A stretch of DNA of 62,918 nt, counting the filler, from Octopus bimaculoides (taxonomy: Eukaryota), in the NCBI RefSeq assembly GCF_001194135.2. It is 6 parts of 6 records of this genome, joined end to end, with 100 filler letters (N's around TTAATTAATTAA, not from the genome) between each part and the next. Parts side by side here need not be neighbours in the genome. Positions count along the whole stretch, not along the records: positions 48,574 to 53,660 come from NW_026318610.1; positions 53,761 to 62,918 come from NC_068989.1; 4 more parts are not named here. One strand, 5' to 3'. Below the pieces are notes generated by a model. It saw only the letters and a program-made list of their open reading frames with translations, was not told the DNA's origin and searched no databases. Both the position numbers and the translations under genes were made by a program. Shown in pieces: positions 51,852-62,918 of the stretch (positions within the stretch are counted from its first letter, which is position 1; each line of letters opens with the position of its first letter).

Positions 51852-51952
51852 AGTACTCCAAGCTTATTACCGTGCACAGAGGAGTGCAGATGATCGCAAT
51901 GCTGCACGAACAACAATGCGCCTCTTACAGAGTATTATTCGGCTTTCTCAAG
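51852..51952 (+). CDS. MCM9: Isolated internal exon of an MCM9-like helicase (AAA+ lid region)
   Basis: Branch-like ctaac, polypyrimidine tract and cacag| acceptor. Reads [33 protein letters not shown], then G|gtaaat, matching my recollection of MCM9 '[30 protein letters not shown]'. Confidence 0.8.
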
Positions 51953-52300
51953 GTAAATTATGTATGGCTTGTGTGCCAAGTTTCTGTTGATGTTTTCTTC
52001 CTTTAGTGTGTGTGTGTGTACCCTGACCTTCACAGTCCTTTTTCTTATTCCTTCCTTCTACAGGCTGTTCTTCAGTATGTGTATGTGCATCCAAATTTCT
52101 ATACACCCCTTTCTTCATTATATATATATGTATATATATATATATATATATAAGAATAGGAAGGGTTTACATTACTGATGATCTGAACCAATAGGCACGC
52201 TGTGTAAGTGCTGTAATTGGTAATCTGTTAGGATCCAGGTTCACAACGAAGGCTGGAGCTAGGAATCTGTAGCAGGCTGCTGAGTCAGCAGGTATAAATT

Positions 52301-52735
52301 AAAAGAAAAGGGAAACAAAACCAAGGCTGGGCAAGCTTATCAGATCATTTTGAATATTTTAATTAAAGTAAAGTAAAGGTGAATGAAAGTAAGGAAAAGT
52401 AGAAGTAATGTCTTACAGCTGTTTCTGGGTATTCTTTCATCAGAGACGAGGTGTGTGTGCAGGAAAGTTCTAGACAGAAAATTTAAAGTAGATAGAAGTA
52501 TAAAGTTCATAGTTCATTTTGTTCCAGAGGGTATGGGGGTTTATTAATATTTCCCAGTGTATGGGGATGTTAATCAACATATTGAAACCATTATTGATCC
52601 AATACCTGGGATAACCCAGAAACAGCTATAAGACATTATTTACTTCTACTTCTTACTTTCATTCACCTTTACTTTAATTAAAATATTCAAAATGATCTGA
52701 GAAGTTTGTTCTGCCTTGGTTTTCCTTTCCTTTTC

Positions 52736-52740
<5 letters not shown>
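52301..52740. repeat. Inverted pair of ~130-bp PLE pLTR-like arms (52301-52430 and 52612-52740)
   Basis: The arms are reverse complements (e.g. tcagatcattttgaatattttaattaaagtaaag). Both carry the GAAACAGCT..AAGAC hammerhead half, and the right arm abuts (TA)n. Confidence 0.75.
52410..52447 (-). ncRNA. Candidate minimal hammerhead motif with decayed stem II
   Basis: GUCU-CUGAUGA-aagaauaccca-GAAAC-AGCU-GUA-AGAC. Stem I is 4 bp, stem III is the palindrome ACAGCUGU, and the triplet is GUA. Confidence 0.55.
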
Positions 52741-52791
<51 letters not shown>

Positions 52792-52796
52792 TAGAT

Positions 52797-53658
52797 ATAC
52801 AGGGTGTGATGGACAAATTTTCACACAACATAGTAGGGTCAGTTGGGCACCACCTGCAAGAAAAACAGCTCTATGACTCAATTCACTCTGCCAGAAGTTT
52901 GGAAATGACATGCTGTACTGCTTGGCATTTGCACTGGAAGCTTCAGTATGAACAGATGGTGAACTCAGAACAACAGCATTGGCTTGCTGTGTCCCCAAAA
53001 CTTGTACCAAGAGTGATAAAAATTAAACATCCAGTCAACATCATGATATTTGAAGTGATCATTAGTGATGGCAACATTATGCCTCCATTCATTTTCCCAC
53101 ACAGCCTCAAACTCAACACAGAGGCCTACATCAAGTGCCTGGAAGAGGTAGTGCTGCCCTGGGTCATGAGGGTAGCTGCTGNNNNNNNNNNAGTGCTGCC
53201 CTGGGTCATGAGGGTAGCTGCTGGATGACCCTGTGTCTGGCAACAGGACTCTGCACCATGCCACACAAGCAGGAGAACCTGGTTATGGCTGTCAGACAGT
53301 TTCTGTGACCAAATCACCCCTAACTCTCTAGACTGCAACCCCCTTGATCATTATGTGTGGGGTACAGTTGAGCAAGAGACCAACAAAACTCCTTGTAACA
53401 CCAAAGATGAACTGAAAGCAAGGATTATGGCAACATTCACCAACCTAAAGAAGGAGACGATCCAGAAGAGTTTCAGGAGATTCGAAAGTCATCAGGAGGC
53501 CATAGTTGAAACTAATGGCAATTTTATTGAATAAATTTACTCCTTAGTATTTCAAGATATTTTTATGTAATTTTGGTAAATATATGTTAAAATGAGATGT
53601 GTGTGTTATTTTCATTTTTGCCTAATTTAGACAACAATATATTAACTGCACCCTATAT
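52797..53658 (+). mobile_element. maT/DD37D-like Tc1/mariner remnant
   Basis: Ends ta(c/t)agggtg...caccct; YIKCLEEVVLPW, WQQDSAPCH and DCNPLDHYVW. Confidence 0.75.
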
Positions 53659-54758
53659 ATNNNNNNNNNNNNNNNNNNNNNNNNNNNNNNNNNNNNNNNN
53701 NNNNTTAATTAATTAANNNNNNNNNNNNNNNNNNNNNNNNNNNNNNNNNNNNNNNNNNNNATTTTTCTCTAGAAGTTCATGACTTCATAGGAATAAGTGT
53801 GGAAAACTGCATCAAATAACGAATTTTCCAATTTTTTACTTCCTTTTTAAAAAGGTAGATTTTATGAACGAAACAAACTAGATCCTGAATAAGAAATGAA
53901 TGTTTAATATGACAAATTTTCAGATTTTTTTACATTATTTTTAAAGGGGGCTGATTTTGTGACTCAAACTAACTAGATCCAAGTACAGTAAATACCATCC
54001 TCCACAATTTGCTACTCATATGAAGTACATATGTATTTCAACAATTTCTATCAAATACACTCTTTCTTGAGCATAAAAATCCTCTTCCCCAGTGACAATA
54101 ACTTATATGTCAGATTGTCGCACACAAGTTGTAGCTGTTTTGATAAGGGAAATTAGAAAGGCTTGAAATGATTTCATCAGCATTTACTTGTACCAAAGTG
54201 CACTCTTTTGATAGACAACAAGTTGATCTCATAAGTGTCGCATGGTGGAAAGAAACACTATCACCAAACTTTCAATTCATTATTTTGCTTTTATTTATTT
54301 TTTTTTGCATTTCAATTTGTACATCTGTACTCCGACTGCATAAAAGCGCAGATGATGTCCTTTAGTTTTTAATCATTATCTGTTTATATCAAAATAAGTA
54401 GCATATTGAAAAATAAAAATATTTTCTAAGGGTGCCATTTGTAACTCCAAGGGTCAAAAGAGAACCTTTGGCCAAAATGGCTTGAGAACCTTTGGTCTAA
54501 TAACATCTAATTTATCATATATAACTGGTTCGTTAACAACTTTTATGGATGGACGACAGGCAAAATAGTTTACACTCATTATTTCCCTTGTATTGAAGTA
54601 ATGAAACTGTTTTCTCAGCTTCAAAAGTTTTAACTAACATGTGAAGAGTTAATTCTATTTTATGAAGAAAGAATAGCAGCAAAAGAGTGAGAGGAAAAAG
54701 GAAGTAGAGGACAGAGATGGGGGAAAGTAAGGGAAAAGAAATTGACAAACTGAGGAGG

Positions 54759-54759
<1 letters not shown>

Positions 54760-54843
<84 letters not shown>
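54760..54843. repeat. (GA)n microsatellite, one of many (TA)n/(CA)n/(GA)n tracts
   Basis: Read directly from the sequence. Confidence 0.95.
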
Positions 54844-54847
<4 letters not shown>

Positions 54848-55814
54848 ATTTAAGGAAGGTATGAGAGAAAACATTATCCAGATAGTTAGGGAACCAGAAG
54901 AAATGTCATGAGAACTCAGAAAGAAGATCTAAGGTGAAATAAAAGTAGAGTAAAAAAATTATGTATTTAAAGGTGATCACATAACTTTCAGTTGCAAGCA
55001 ATCAAGCCAGCCAGTTGTTAAGGCCATTTACTAGCTTCATAAACTCATCCAGGCAGCTGTCTGACCTCACAACAAGCTGCATATTTATTTAGACAACCTT
55101 TTGGCCTCAAAATGTACTGAACTGAAAAACACTGAAACAACCTTTTGTTATCAAAGTGTTCTATCTGGGAGAGTGCAACTATCATGCATATAAACAACTT
55201 AAATTGCATTAAAAAAAAAAAGGTATCTAACTTTCAATTATCAGCTACTACAACTATAAACCTATCAAAGTGCTGTATACTATTTCTTTATTTTCTATTA
55301 TTACTTTAACAGTTCCTGCTTGTGAGCTAACTAAAACTAAACGATGTTGCTTTAGGTGATGGATCTTTTAGTGTTAATTTTGATGTACTTCAGATTTTTG
55401 AACTAGCAATTGAAAGTGTTTCTGATTTTCTTTGATATATATATTTTTAGACATCCTTTCACTTTAGAAGCTTTTGATGAAAACAGTCAATTCCATACAT
55501 TTTGCAAAGCTTTGAATTATGCTTAATTGCTTGTATTTTCTTTAATAAATATTTTAGAAGCTACAAGCAGAGTAGCTGTAGCCTTTAATCCCAAACTTTA
55601 AGAAGTTAGAGTGCTTAAAAGTAGCCTAATGGTTCACATTATCCATATATAATATGCTTTCAACATATGAAATTTGTTCATATATATTGTATGCTTTCAT
55701 TATCAGCATGAGGAGTGAAGAACTTATCTTGTTTAATGTTTATGATACATCATCTCATTGTACAACTCAGTGTAGAAACTGAGTTTATTGTAAACTCCCC
55801 TTGTAATTTTTATG

Positions 55815-56800
55815 TTACAAGGGTGAGCTGAAAAGTTCATAAGTTGACTAAGATACTCTCACAGACAAGACCAAATGAGGTTTTTTTTTTTTCAACATAG
55901 TTCCCCTTGTGGTCCGCACACTTCTTCCAATGTTGCAGTGCTTGGATCAAAGCTTGTTGGTCAAAAAAGTCATCAACAACAGATATGAGATTATCACTAT
56001 GATACAGCTTTCCAGCCAAGTGTTTCTTCATGCTGGGGAACAGATGATAGTCAAATCAGGAGAATAGGGATGATGATGATGATCAACCATTTGTGTGCTT
56101 GAGCATTGTCCTGATGTTACAAGACACCTTTCGTCAGTTTTCCTGGGCATTTGATCTTGATAGCCTTTCATAACTGCCTCAGCAAGTTAGCACAGAACTC
56201 TCCATTGATGATGCAGACCTTATGAAGATAGACAATAAACACAATGCCTTTTACAACCCCAAAAACTGAGGCCGTCACCTTCCCTGCAGATGAAATGACC
56301 TTGGCCTTCTTGGAACAGGTGAGGAGGGATGTTTCCACTGCATGGATTATCTCTTTGTCTCTGGCTCAAAGTATCCAACACTCATCCTGAATTTTGAAAT
56401 ATTCAAGGAAACCAGCTGGATTGCCTCAAACAATGTTAGGTTTTCCTGTAATGTGATCAGCCTAGTGAGCTTTTGATCAGGTGTCAGAAAATGTAGCACC
56501 CACCAAGCAGAAACTTTTGTCATGTCAAGTTCATTGTGCAAAATATTCTCAACTCTCTAATAACATTGGCTATTTAACTTATAGTCAGTTGCCTGTCATC
56601 CATCATCATGTGGTGAACATGAGCAATGTTCTCCTCAGTGGTAGCAGTTGCAGGATGTCCAGACCTTGGGTCATCTTCAAGACTCTCCCTTCTCCTCCTA
56701 AATTCAGCTGGTCACTTTTGCACTATTGATAAGGCTGGAGCAACACCCTTTAGTGTAGCAACTATGTCAGCATGAAAGTCCGGGGGGGGGGGGGGCTAAA
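55815..56800 (-). mobile_element. Mariner (Hsmar2/irritans-like) remnant
   Basis: tacaagggtgagctgaaaagttc terminus; ELDMTKVSAWWV...LTPDQK and WKKCADHKGNYVEK. Confidence 0.75.
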
Positions 56801-56879
56801 CCATTTTTCTGCAAGTACTTAATAACATCGCAACGCCAAATTTTGTTGATTTTCAAGAGAAGTTGCTACTTGTTACTTG

Positions 56880-57870
56880 CGAAGTCTTCTTTGAACAGTC
56901 AACTGTCAGTATACATGGAAAGAAACAAAATCAATTATTAATAAGAAGATTTCACAGTTCTTGCATCACTCCTTCACAGTCAGCTTATTAAGTTTTCAGC
57001 CCAGCCTCAGTATATTCACAATTAGGGCTATTATCAGCAAAAACTTACAGACCTTTCTCTACTAGTACCAACCCTTAAGCTATATTCTTAGTAGTCAATT
57101 TAAGTGGAGTTGGTTGAACTTATGAATTCCCGTCTATATTGTTAGCTTGCCCTTGTTCTAACAGCATCAGTTTCTTGCCAGACAAGCTTTCTCTATGAGA
57201 CATAAACAACTCAATCACATAATCCTCTATGACTTCTTCAAACACTCCATCCAGCAAGGCTCACAATACCTTTACGAATTTGATGTAAACTTTTAGCTTG
57301 TGGAAAGCTTGTAGTCTAAAATCTAGCCATATATTTTCCCAATTACCATTCAAAGTAAAGGATTTCATTTCATCATGTGATTCAGCTATGTTATCCACAG
57401 CATCGATAATGTTGAACTGCTTCCAGAAGTTTCTAACTGGAGGTTTATCTCTCTAAACAGTGATTGTCATACAAGTTGTTTGAAAGTTGTTGTTGTCAGA
57501 TAATACTAGGGCTATATATTCTGCTCTCACATTACCAGAAAGCTCATTTAAGTTCACTGGATGGTTTGATGTAAAAGGAGCAATACTTTGTTAGAAATGT
57601 CTGGCATTTGTACCGTTCTACAACAGGACAAAGAATGTTTACAAATTACTCTTTGAACAGTTTCTTAGTTCTCCACACTTTATTTGAATGTTAAATTTGA
57701 AGTAAGTTACATTTTCTGTAACCCTTAAACAACCTTGGATTTTCAAAGTGATTCATAAGTAGAAGCTTTAATTTCATCAGCAGCAATTCTTTCCCAAAGT
57801 GTCAGACAATTTTTGGAAGCTTTAAAGGCTTGCTTTTTTTGCAAACCCTTCAGGAATCATTTATAAAACA
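56880..57870 (-). mobile_element. pogo/Tigger-like transposase remnant
   Basis: My translation includes FWKQFNIIDAVDNIAES..E...TLNGNW and FENPR.FKG, resembling the Tigger DDE_1 domain. Confidence 0.55.
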
Positions 57871-58155
57871 TCAAATGCAAACCCCTTACAATTCCTTTTT
57901 ACACTACTGCCTTCAGTTCCAATTGGTAGCTTCTTTCCAGATATCTTGAATTGCAGGTAAATCCAATGGCAGTGGTGAGCAAGAATTATCCACAACAAAT
58001 AGCAGCAGTAAAGAATGGTTTTATTAGAGCAAAATTTGTTGTGTTTGTTGTTAATAGTACTGTTGAGGATGTTTAGTTCTAAATCAATTTGCACTAATCT
58101 CAGATTAAAGACAATTCACTCAACTTTTAAAGTACAATAGGGTACCACATTATCT

Positions 58156-61100
58156 CATCATCATCATCATTTAACATCCACTTTCCATGCTGGCATGAGT
58201 TGGACGGTTTGAGTGAGGACTGGCAAGCCAGATGGCTGCACTAGGCTCCAATCTGATCTGGCAGAGTTTCTACAGCTGGATGCCCTTCCTAATGCCAACC
58301 ACTCCAAGAGTGTAGTGGATGCTTTTACGTGCCACCTGCACAGGAGCTAGTCCAGCAGTGCTGGCAATGGCCTCACTCAAATGTTGTTTTTCATGTGCCG
58401 CTGGCACAGGTGCTAGTAAGGCAACACTAGTAGTGATCATGTTCAAATGGTGCTTTTTACGTGTCACAGGTACGGGAGCCGGTCAGCAGCCCTGGCGACG
58501 ATCACGCTCGAATGGTGCTCTTAGCATTCCACTAGGACGGATGCCAGTCATGCAGTGCTGTCATTGAATTTGATTTTGATTTCACTTGCCTCAACAGGTT
58601 TTTGCAAGCAGAGTTTAGTGTCCAATGAAGGAAAGGTACGCATAAGTGGGCTGGTTACATCCCTGGCATAAGCCACAGGTTATGGTCTCACTTGGCTTGT
58701 AGGGTTTTCTCAAGCACAGCATATTTCCAAAGGTCTCTGTCATTAGTCATTGCCTCGGTGAGACCTATTGTTCGAAGGTCGTGCTTCACCACCTCATCCC
58801 AGGTCTTCCTGGGTCTACCTCTTCCACAGGTTCCCTCAACTGCTAGGGTGTGGTACTTCTTCACACAGCTATCCTCATCCATTTTCACCACATGACCATA
58901 CCAGCGCAATCATTTCTCTTGCACACCACAACTGATGCTTCTTAGGTCTAACTTTTCTCTCAAGGTACTTACACTCTATCAAGGATGCACACTGACATTA
59001 CACATCCAGCGGAGCATACTGGCTTCGTTCCTTGCAAGCTTATGCATGTCCTCAGCAGTCACGACCCATGTTTCACTGCCATGTAGCATGGCTGTTCATA
59101 CACATGTGTCATACAGTCTACCTTTTACTTTGAGCGAGAGGCCCTTTGTCACCAGCTGAAGTAAGAGCTCTCTGAACTTTGCCCAGGCTATTCTTATTCT
59201 AGCAGCTACACTTTCAGAGCACGCACCCCTGCTACTGACTTGGTCACCTAGGTAGCAGAAGCTCTCAACTACTTGTAGTTTTTCTCCCTGGAATGTGACA
59301 GAAGTTGTTCTATGCACATTTTCAATAGTTATTGCACCTGAACATCTGCCTGAACATACAAAAACTATCTACCCAGTTAGCCTTCCTTTGATATTGCTGC
59401 ACCTCTTATGTGTCCATAGCTTACACTGGCTAAATCTTATTGTTTCTACCTATGCCTTTTCTACAGATTAAGCAGGGTCATCTACTTGAAGGGATTTGTG
59501 GTTTGTCTGCCTCCCTACTTACGAAGACTTCGGTTTTTGCTAGGTTGACTCTAAGGCCCTTCGCTTCCACACCTGAAACTTCTCCTGTAGTTCTGATAGT
59601 GACTCAGCAATTAGAGCAAGGTCATCAGCATAGAGGAGCTCCGAGGGGCATCCTGTCTTGAATTCCTCTGTTATTGCCTGGAGGACTATGATAAATAGGA
59701 GGGGACTGAGGACTGAACCTTGGTGGACCCCTAACTCTAATCAAAATTCTTCACTGTACTCGTTGCCAACCCTCACCTTACTGACAGCACCCCTGTACAT
59801 GGCTCGCACAACTCTCACTAACCATTCTTCTATCCCTAGTTTCCTCATTGACCACCAGATAAGGGATTGGGGGACCCGTCAAAGGCTTTCTCCATGTCAA
59901 CGAAAGCCAGGTACAGAGGTTTATCTTTGGCTAGGTATTTCTCCTGCAGCTGTCTTACCAGAAATATAGCATCAGTGGTGCTTTTCCCTGGCACAAACCC
60001 AAACTTCACCTCATCTGAACTGACTCTCTCCCTAATTAGTTGGACTATGACCCTCCCCGTGACCTTCATTACCTGATCCAACAACTTGATACCTCTGTAA
60101 TTATTTGTATATAAAGCGTCACCTTTACCTTTGTAGCAGTTGACTATGGTGTTGCTACACCAGTCATTGGGTATGACTCCTTCGTGTATCACCTGATTAA
60201 CTATACAGGTGACTAGACTATAGCCGACACCGCCAGATATTTTGAGTATCTCTGCAGTGATTCCTGATGGGCTGGGGGCTTTCCCTGTCTTCATACTCTT
60301 AATTGCTTTATCTACCAAGGTACTGTTAATTCGGATAGCTGGTCCCTCTGTTGAGTCGACATTTGGCAGACTCTTTCTCCCATTCATTCTCTTTATTGAG
60401 CAACCTTTCATAGTGGTGTCTCCAAACCTTTCTCTTTGCAGCCTTGTTTAGTGCAAGTGAAGCATCATCCATGCGGACACATTTCTCTCCTACGACATCA
60501 CGATTCTCTCTCACAGACTGTCTTGCAACACGAGATACCTCAAGTCTTTGGTCCTTACGCGCAGAACATTGGCAAATTTTTTCTTATCTGCTTCCCTTTC
60601 TGGCTAAATAAAGCTGTCTCCTAGCTTCCCTTCTGGCAGTCTGATGCCAGAAGGGAAGCTACCACCATTCTTCCAGTCCTTCCAAGCCTGTTTCTTTTGT
60701 CTAATAGCCCTGTCAACCACATTGTTCCACCACCAAGTTACCTTGGGTCAAAAGGGGACTTTGAACCATCCACAGATTTGGTCAGTGGCTCTCAGCAGGT
60801 TGTCCCGTAGAAACCTCCAGTTGTCTTCCACATTATGTGATGCTATATCCCCTTCTATTTCATCAAAGGCTTCGAGTAATATGTCTCTAAATCTCTGTCC
60901 ATTCGCAGGATCTTTGAGCTTCCAGACCCTTCTCAGTCTATGTTGAGGGGTATATTCTTCGCCTGGGAAGGTTTTGGCATTTATAAGCAGCCATCTTTCC
61001 CTTTTTCTGGCAAGGATGTAGTCAATTTGGCTAGTGTGTCTGCCAGAACGGTAGGTGACTAGGTGACTGGCAGGTTTCCTGAAGTTAATATTGCAAACCA

Positions 61101-61410
61101 TATGATCATTTGCATCGCAGAACTCCAGCAGCCTGGTTCCCTCCTCATTGCGAGAGCCAAAACCATAGCCTCCATGTATGCCATGGAAACCCCCTGTATG
61201 TTGTCCAACATGTCCATTGAAGTCACCAGCTATAAAGAGAAGGTCCCTGTCATTCGTCAACAAGGTAGTCTGCAAGAGGGTGTCATAAAATCGGTCTTTC
61301 TGTCCATCAGATAGCCCCGGTTGAGGGGCATAGGCCGAGATAATGGTTGCTAACCTATGATGAAGCACTAATCTAATCTTAAGTATTCTGTCACATACTC
61401 TGACTTCCTC
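58156..61410 (-). mobile_element. Long RTE-clade LINE (APE endonuclease, RT, 3'UTR), decayed
   Basis: APE motifs SAYAPQ, GDFNGH and SQIDYIL (60748-61368); RT motifs YRGIKLL and DMEKAFD; (ATG)n tail at 58156. Multiple frameshifts. Confidence 0.95.
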
Positions 61411-62561
61411 GATTATTGACTTTTATTTTAGATGGAGTTCCTTAACTTGTTCATACTACTGTTGCTGTAGTTGACCAGTAAGGAGTTGGTGTTGGTTGTG
61501 CTAATAATAGATAACAGTATGTTTATAGTAATGCACGTATGCGCACACACATGGGTACGAGACATTTTGGCAGTCATGTTGACCCTGGCTATTTAACATT
61601 GCTGATTCAAAACTGACATGCTTAACAGCAGTTTTGTCCCTGGGACCTTTTAGCACCATGAAAAAATTTGTTTTTGTCTTAGTTGACAACTAACTTGTAA
61701 TCACAACTACTAAACTGTTTAACTTTCTGATTCACTTACTGTATGTCTTGGCAGAAGAAATATTGAAGAAATGTGGAAAAGAAAAATTTTATCACAGTTG
61801 ATTTCTGAACATCTTTTAACAAAGTAGAACTGATGGTAAGTTTAAATTTTAGTGTTGTGAATAGAAAAGTCAAACAAATATATTAAAATGTATTAAATGA
61901 TCCCAATTGCTACAAACACATCTCCCATTAGTTGCTTATGCATGTGAGTGTTTTTTCCTTTATGAAGAAAGGATGTGTTTGTAGCATTGGGGATCACTCC
62001 TCTCTCTCTGTTTTATGTGTGTCTACCTCCAGTGCCAAAAAATACTATCATCAAAACAGGCTCAATATCCAGGCAACCATGGCTAAGAAGAAAGTGTAGT
62101 TTTTAAACTATCAAAATTCATCCAAATTTCCATAAAGTGAAATTACAGACTATATCCCAAAGTTAGTGGCAATACTTTATAATTTCTATAAGCATGAAAT
62201 CCAGTAACATGTGGTAACCACAATTTAGGACTGCCTGTATTTTGTTCTATCTTACCTTTATGCTACACCAGTTTTATGTGCATTTAAGTTCAATTGAAAA
62301 TTCAAGGTGCATAATTCTTCTATGTTACAATTTTGTTGTATACCCAGCTGAATATTAGGGTTAAGTAGGATTTGCTGGTATGACAGCACCAACTGACTCA
62401 TAAGCAAGACCAGCAAGACTAGTATCCTTAAGCATGGTCAGGAGTATTTGCCAGTTGCTTAATCCTTTTGATACCAACCTGTCTGAAAATACCTCTGGTT
62501 CTATGATACAAGCTCCCAATTTTAAAGTTATCTCGATTAAAACCTTCCATCAGATTTTCTG

Positions 62562-62918
62562 TTAACCCTTTCGTGACCAAACCGCCCAAAACCACCCGTA
62601 ATCACCTATTCATATTTAAATGAGAATATCCAATCAAATCTCGTTAGTACATTTGTGAAAACACGTGATTATACTGTGTAAACACTTCAGCTATAGCTTT
62701 GTACGAAGATCGACGTGTTTTTTTAAATTTGTGAATTTTGTGAGATTTTTTTTCCAAATTTGTTCCTGTTCTGTTTGTAAAATTTGTAACCCTGACAAAA
62801 AAAAGGGATGCAAATTTTATTCTGTCAAGCAGCGAGTCAGAATTTGAAGGATTTTCCATTGAAGACCTTGATGAATCTGTAACTGAAAAAAAAACGCATG
62901 TGGTTTTTGATGAATCCG
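62562..62918 (+). mobile_element. Possible piggyBac-type terminus
   Basis: TTAA|CCCTTTCG start; the partner end is not in the window. Confidence 0.35.

Noticed and set aside
3421-53716. TTAATTAATTAA islands inside N-runs (3421, 21256, 24231, 48518, 53705)
   Set aside because: Identical 12-mer with stops in all six frames, always flanked by Ns: an artificial scaffolding linker, not biology.
61745-61845. Exon-like segment ending gatg|gtaagt as a possible next MCM9 exon
   Set aside because: All three frames contain stops and none resembles MCM9 or Rab24.
1-62918. CRISPR arrays, rRNA genes, prokaryotic operons, intact tRNA genes
   Set aside because: None seen. Tandem repeats lack unique spacers and the tRNA-like sequences are degenerate SINE heads.

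Overview
AT-rich, gap-ridden animal genomic DNA, most likely an octopus assembly. That is inferred from the dense (TA)n/(CA)n/(GA)n microsatellites, the SINE families and the RTE LINEs; it was not checked against a database. Host genes, all on the + strand: a complete 3-exon mitochondrial GrpE (GRPEL1-like, 30704-36207), the first three coding exons of a Rab24-like GTPase (47600-48352; remaining exons not found), and one isolated MCM9-like exon (51852-51952). The rest is mostly transposon debris: RTE and CR1/L2-group LINEs, mariner/Tc1/DD37D/Tigger elements, MITEs, tRNA-derived SINEs and at least four Penelope-like element (PLE) ORF remnants. The strongest unexplained signal is a set of minimal type I hammerhead-ribozyme motifs. 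One of them sits inside a tRNA-headed SINE (33583-33820, 38590-39002) that has no poly-A or simple-repeat tail and forms a head-to-head inverted dimer, suggesting a Pol III, ribozyme-carrying SINE mobilised by PLEs. No ribozyme activity or database novelty has been tested.
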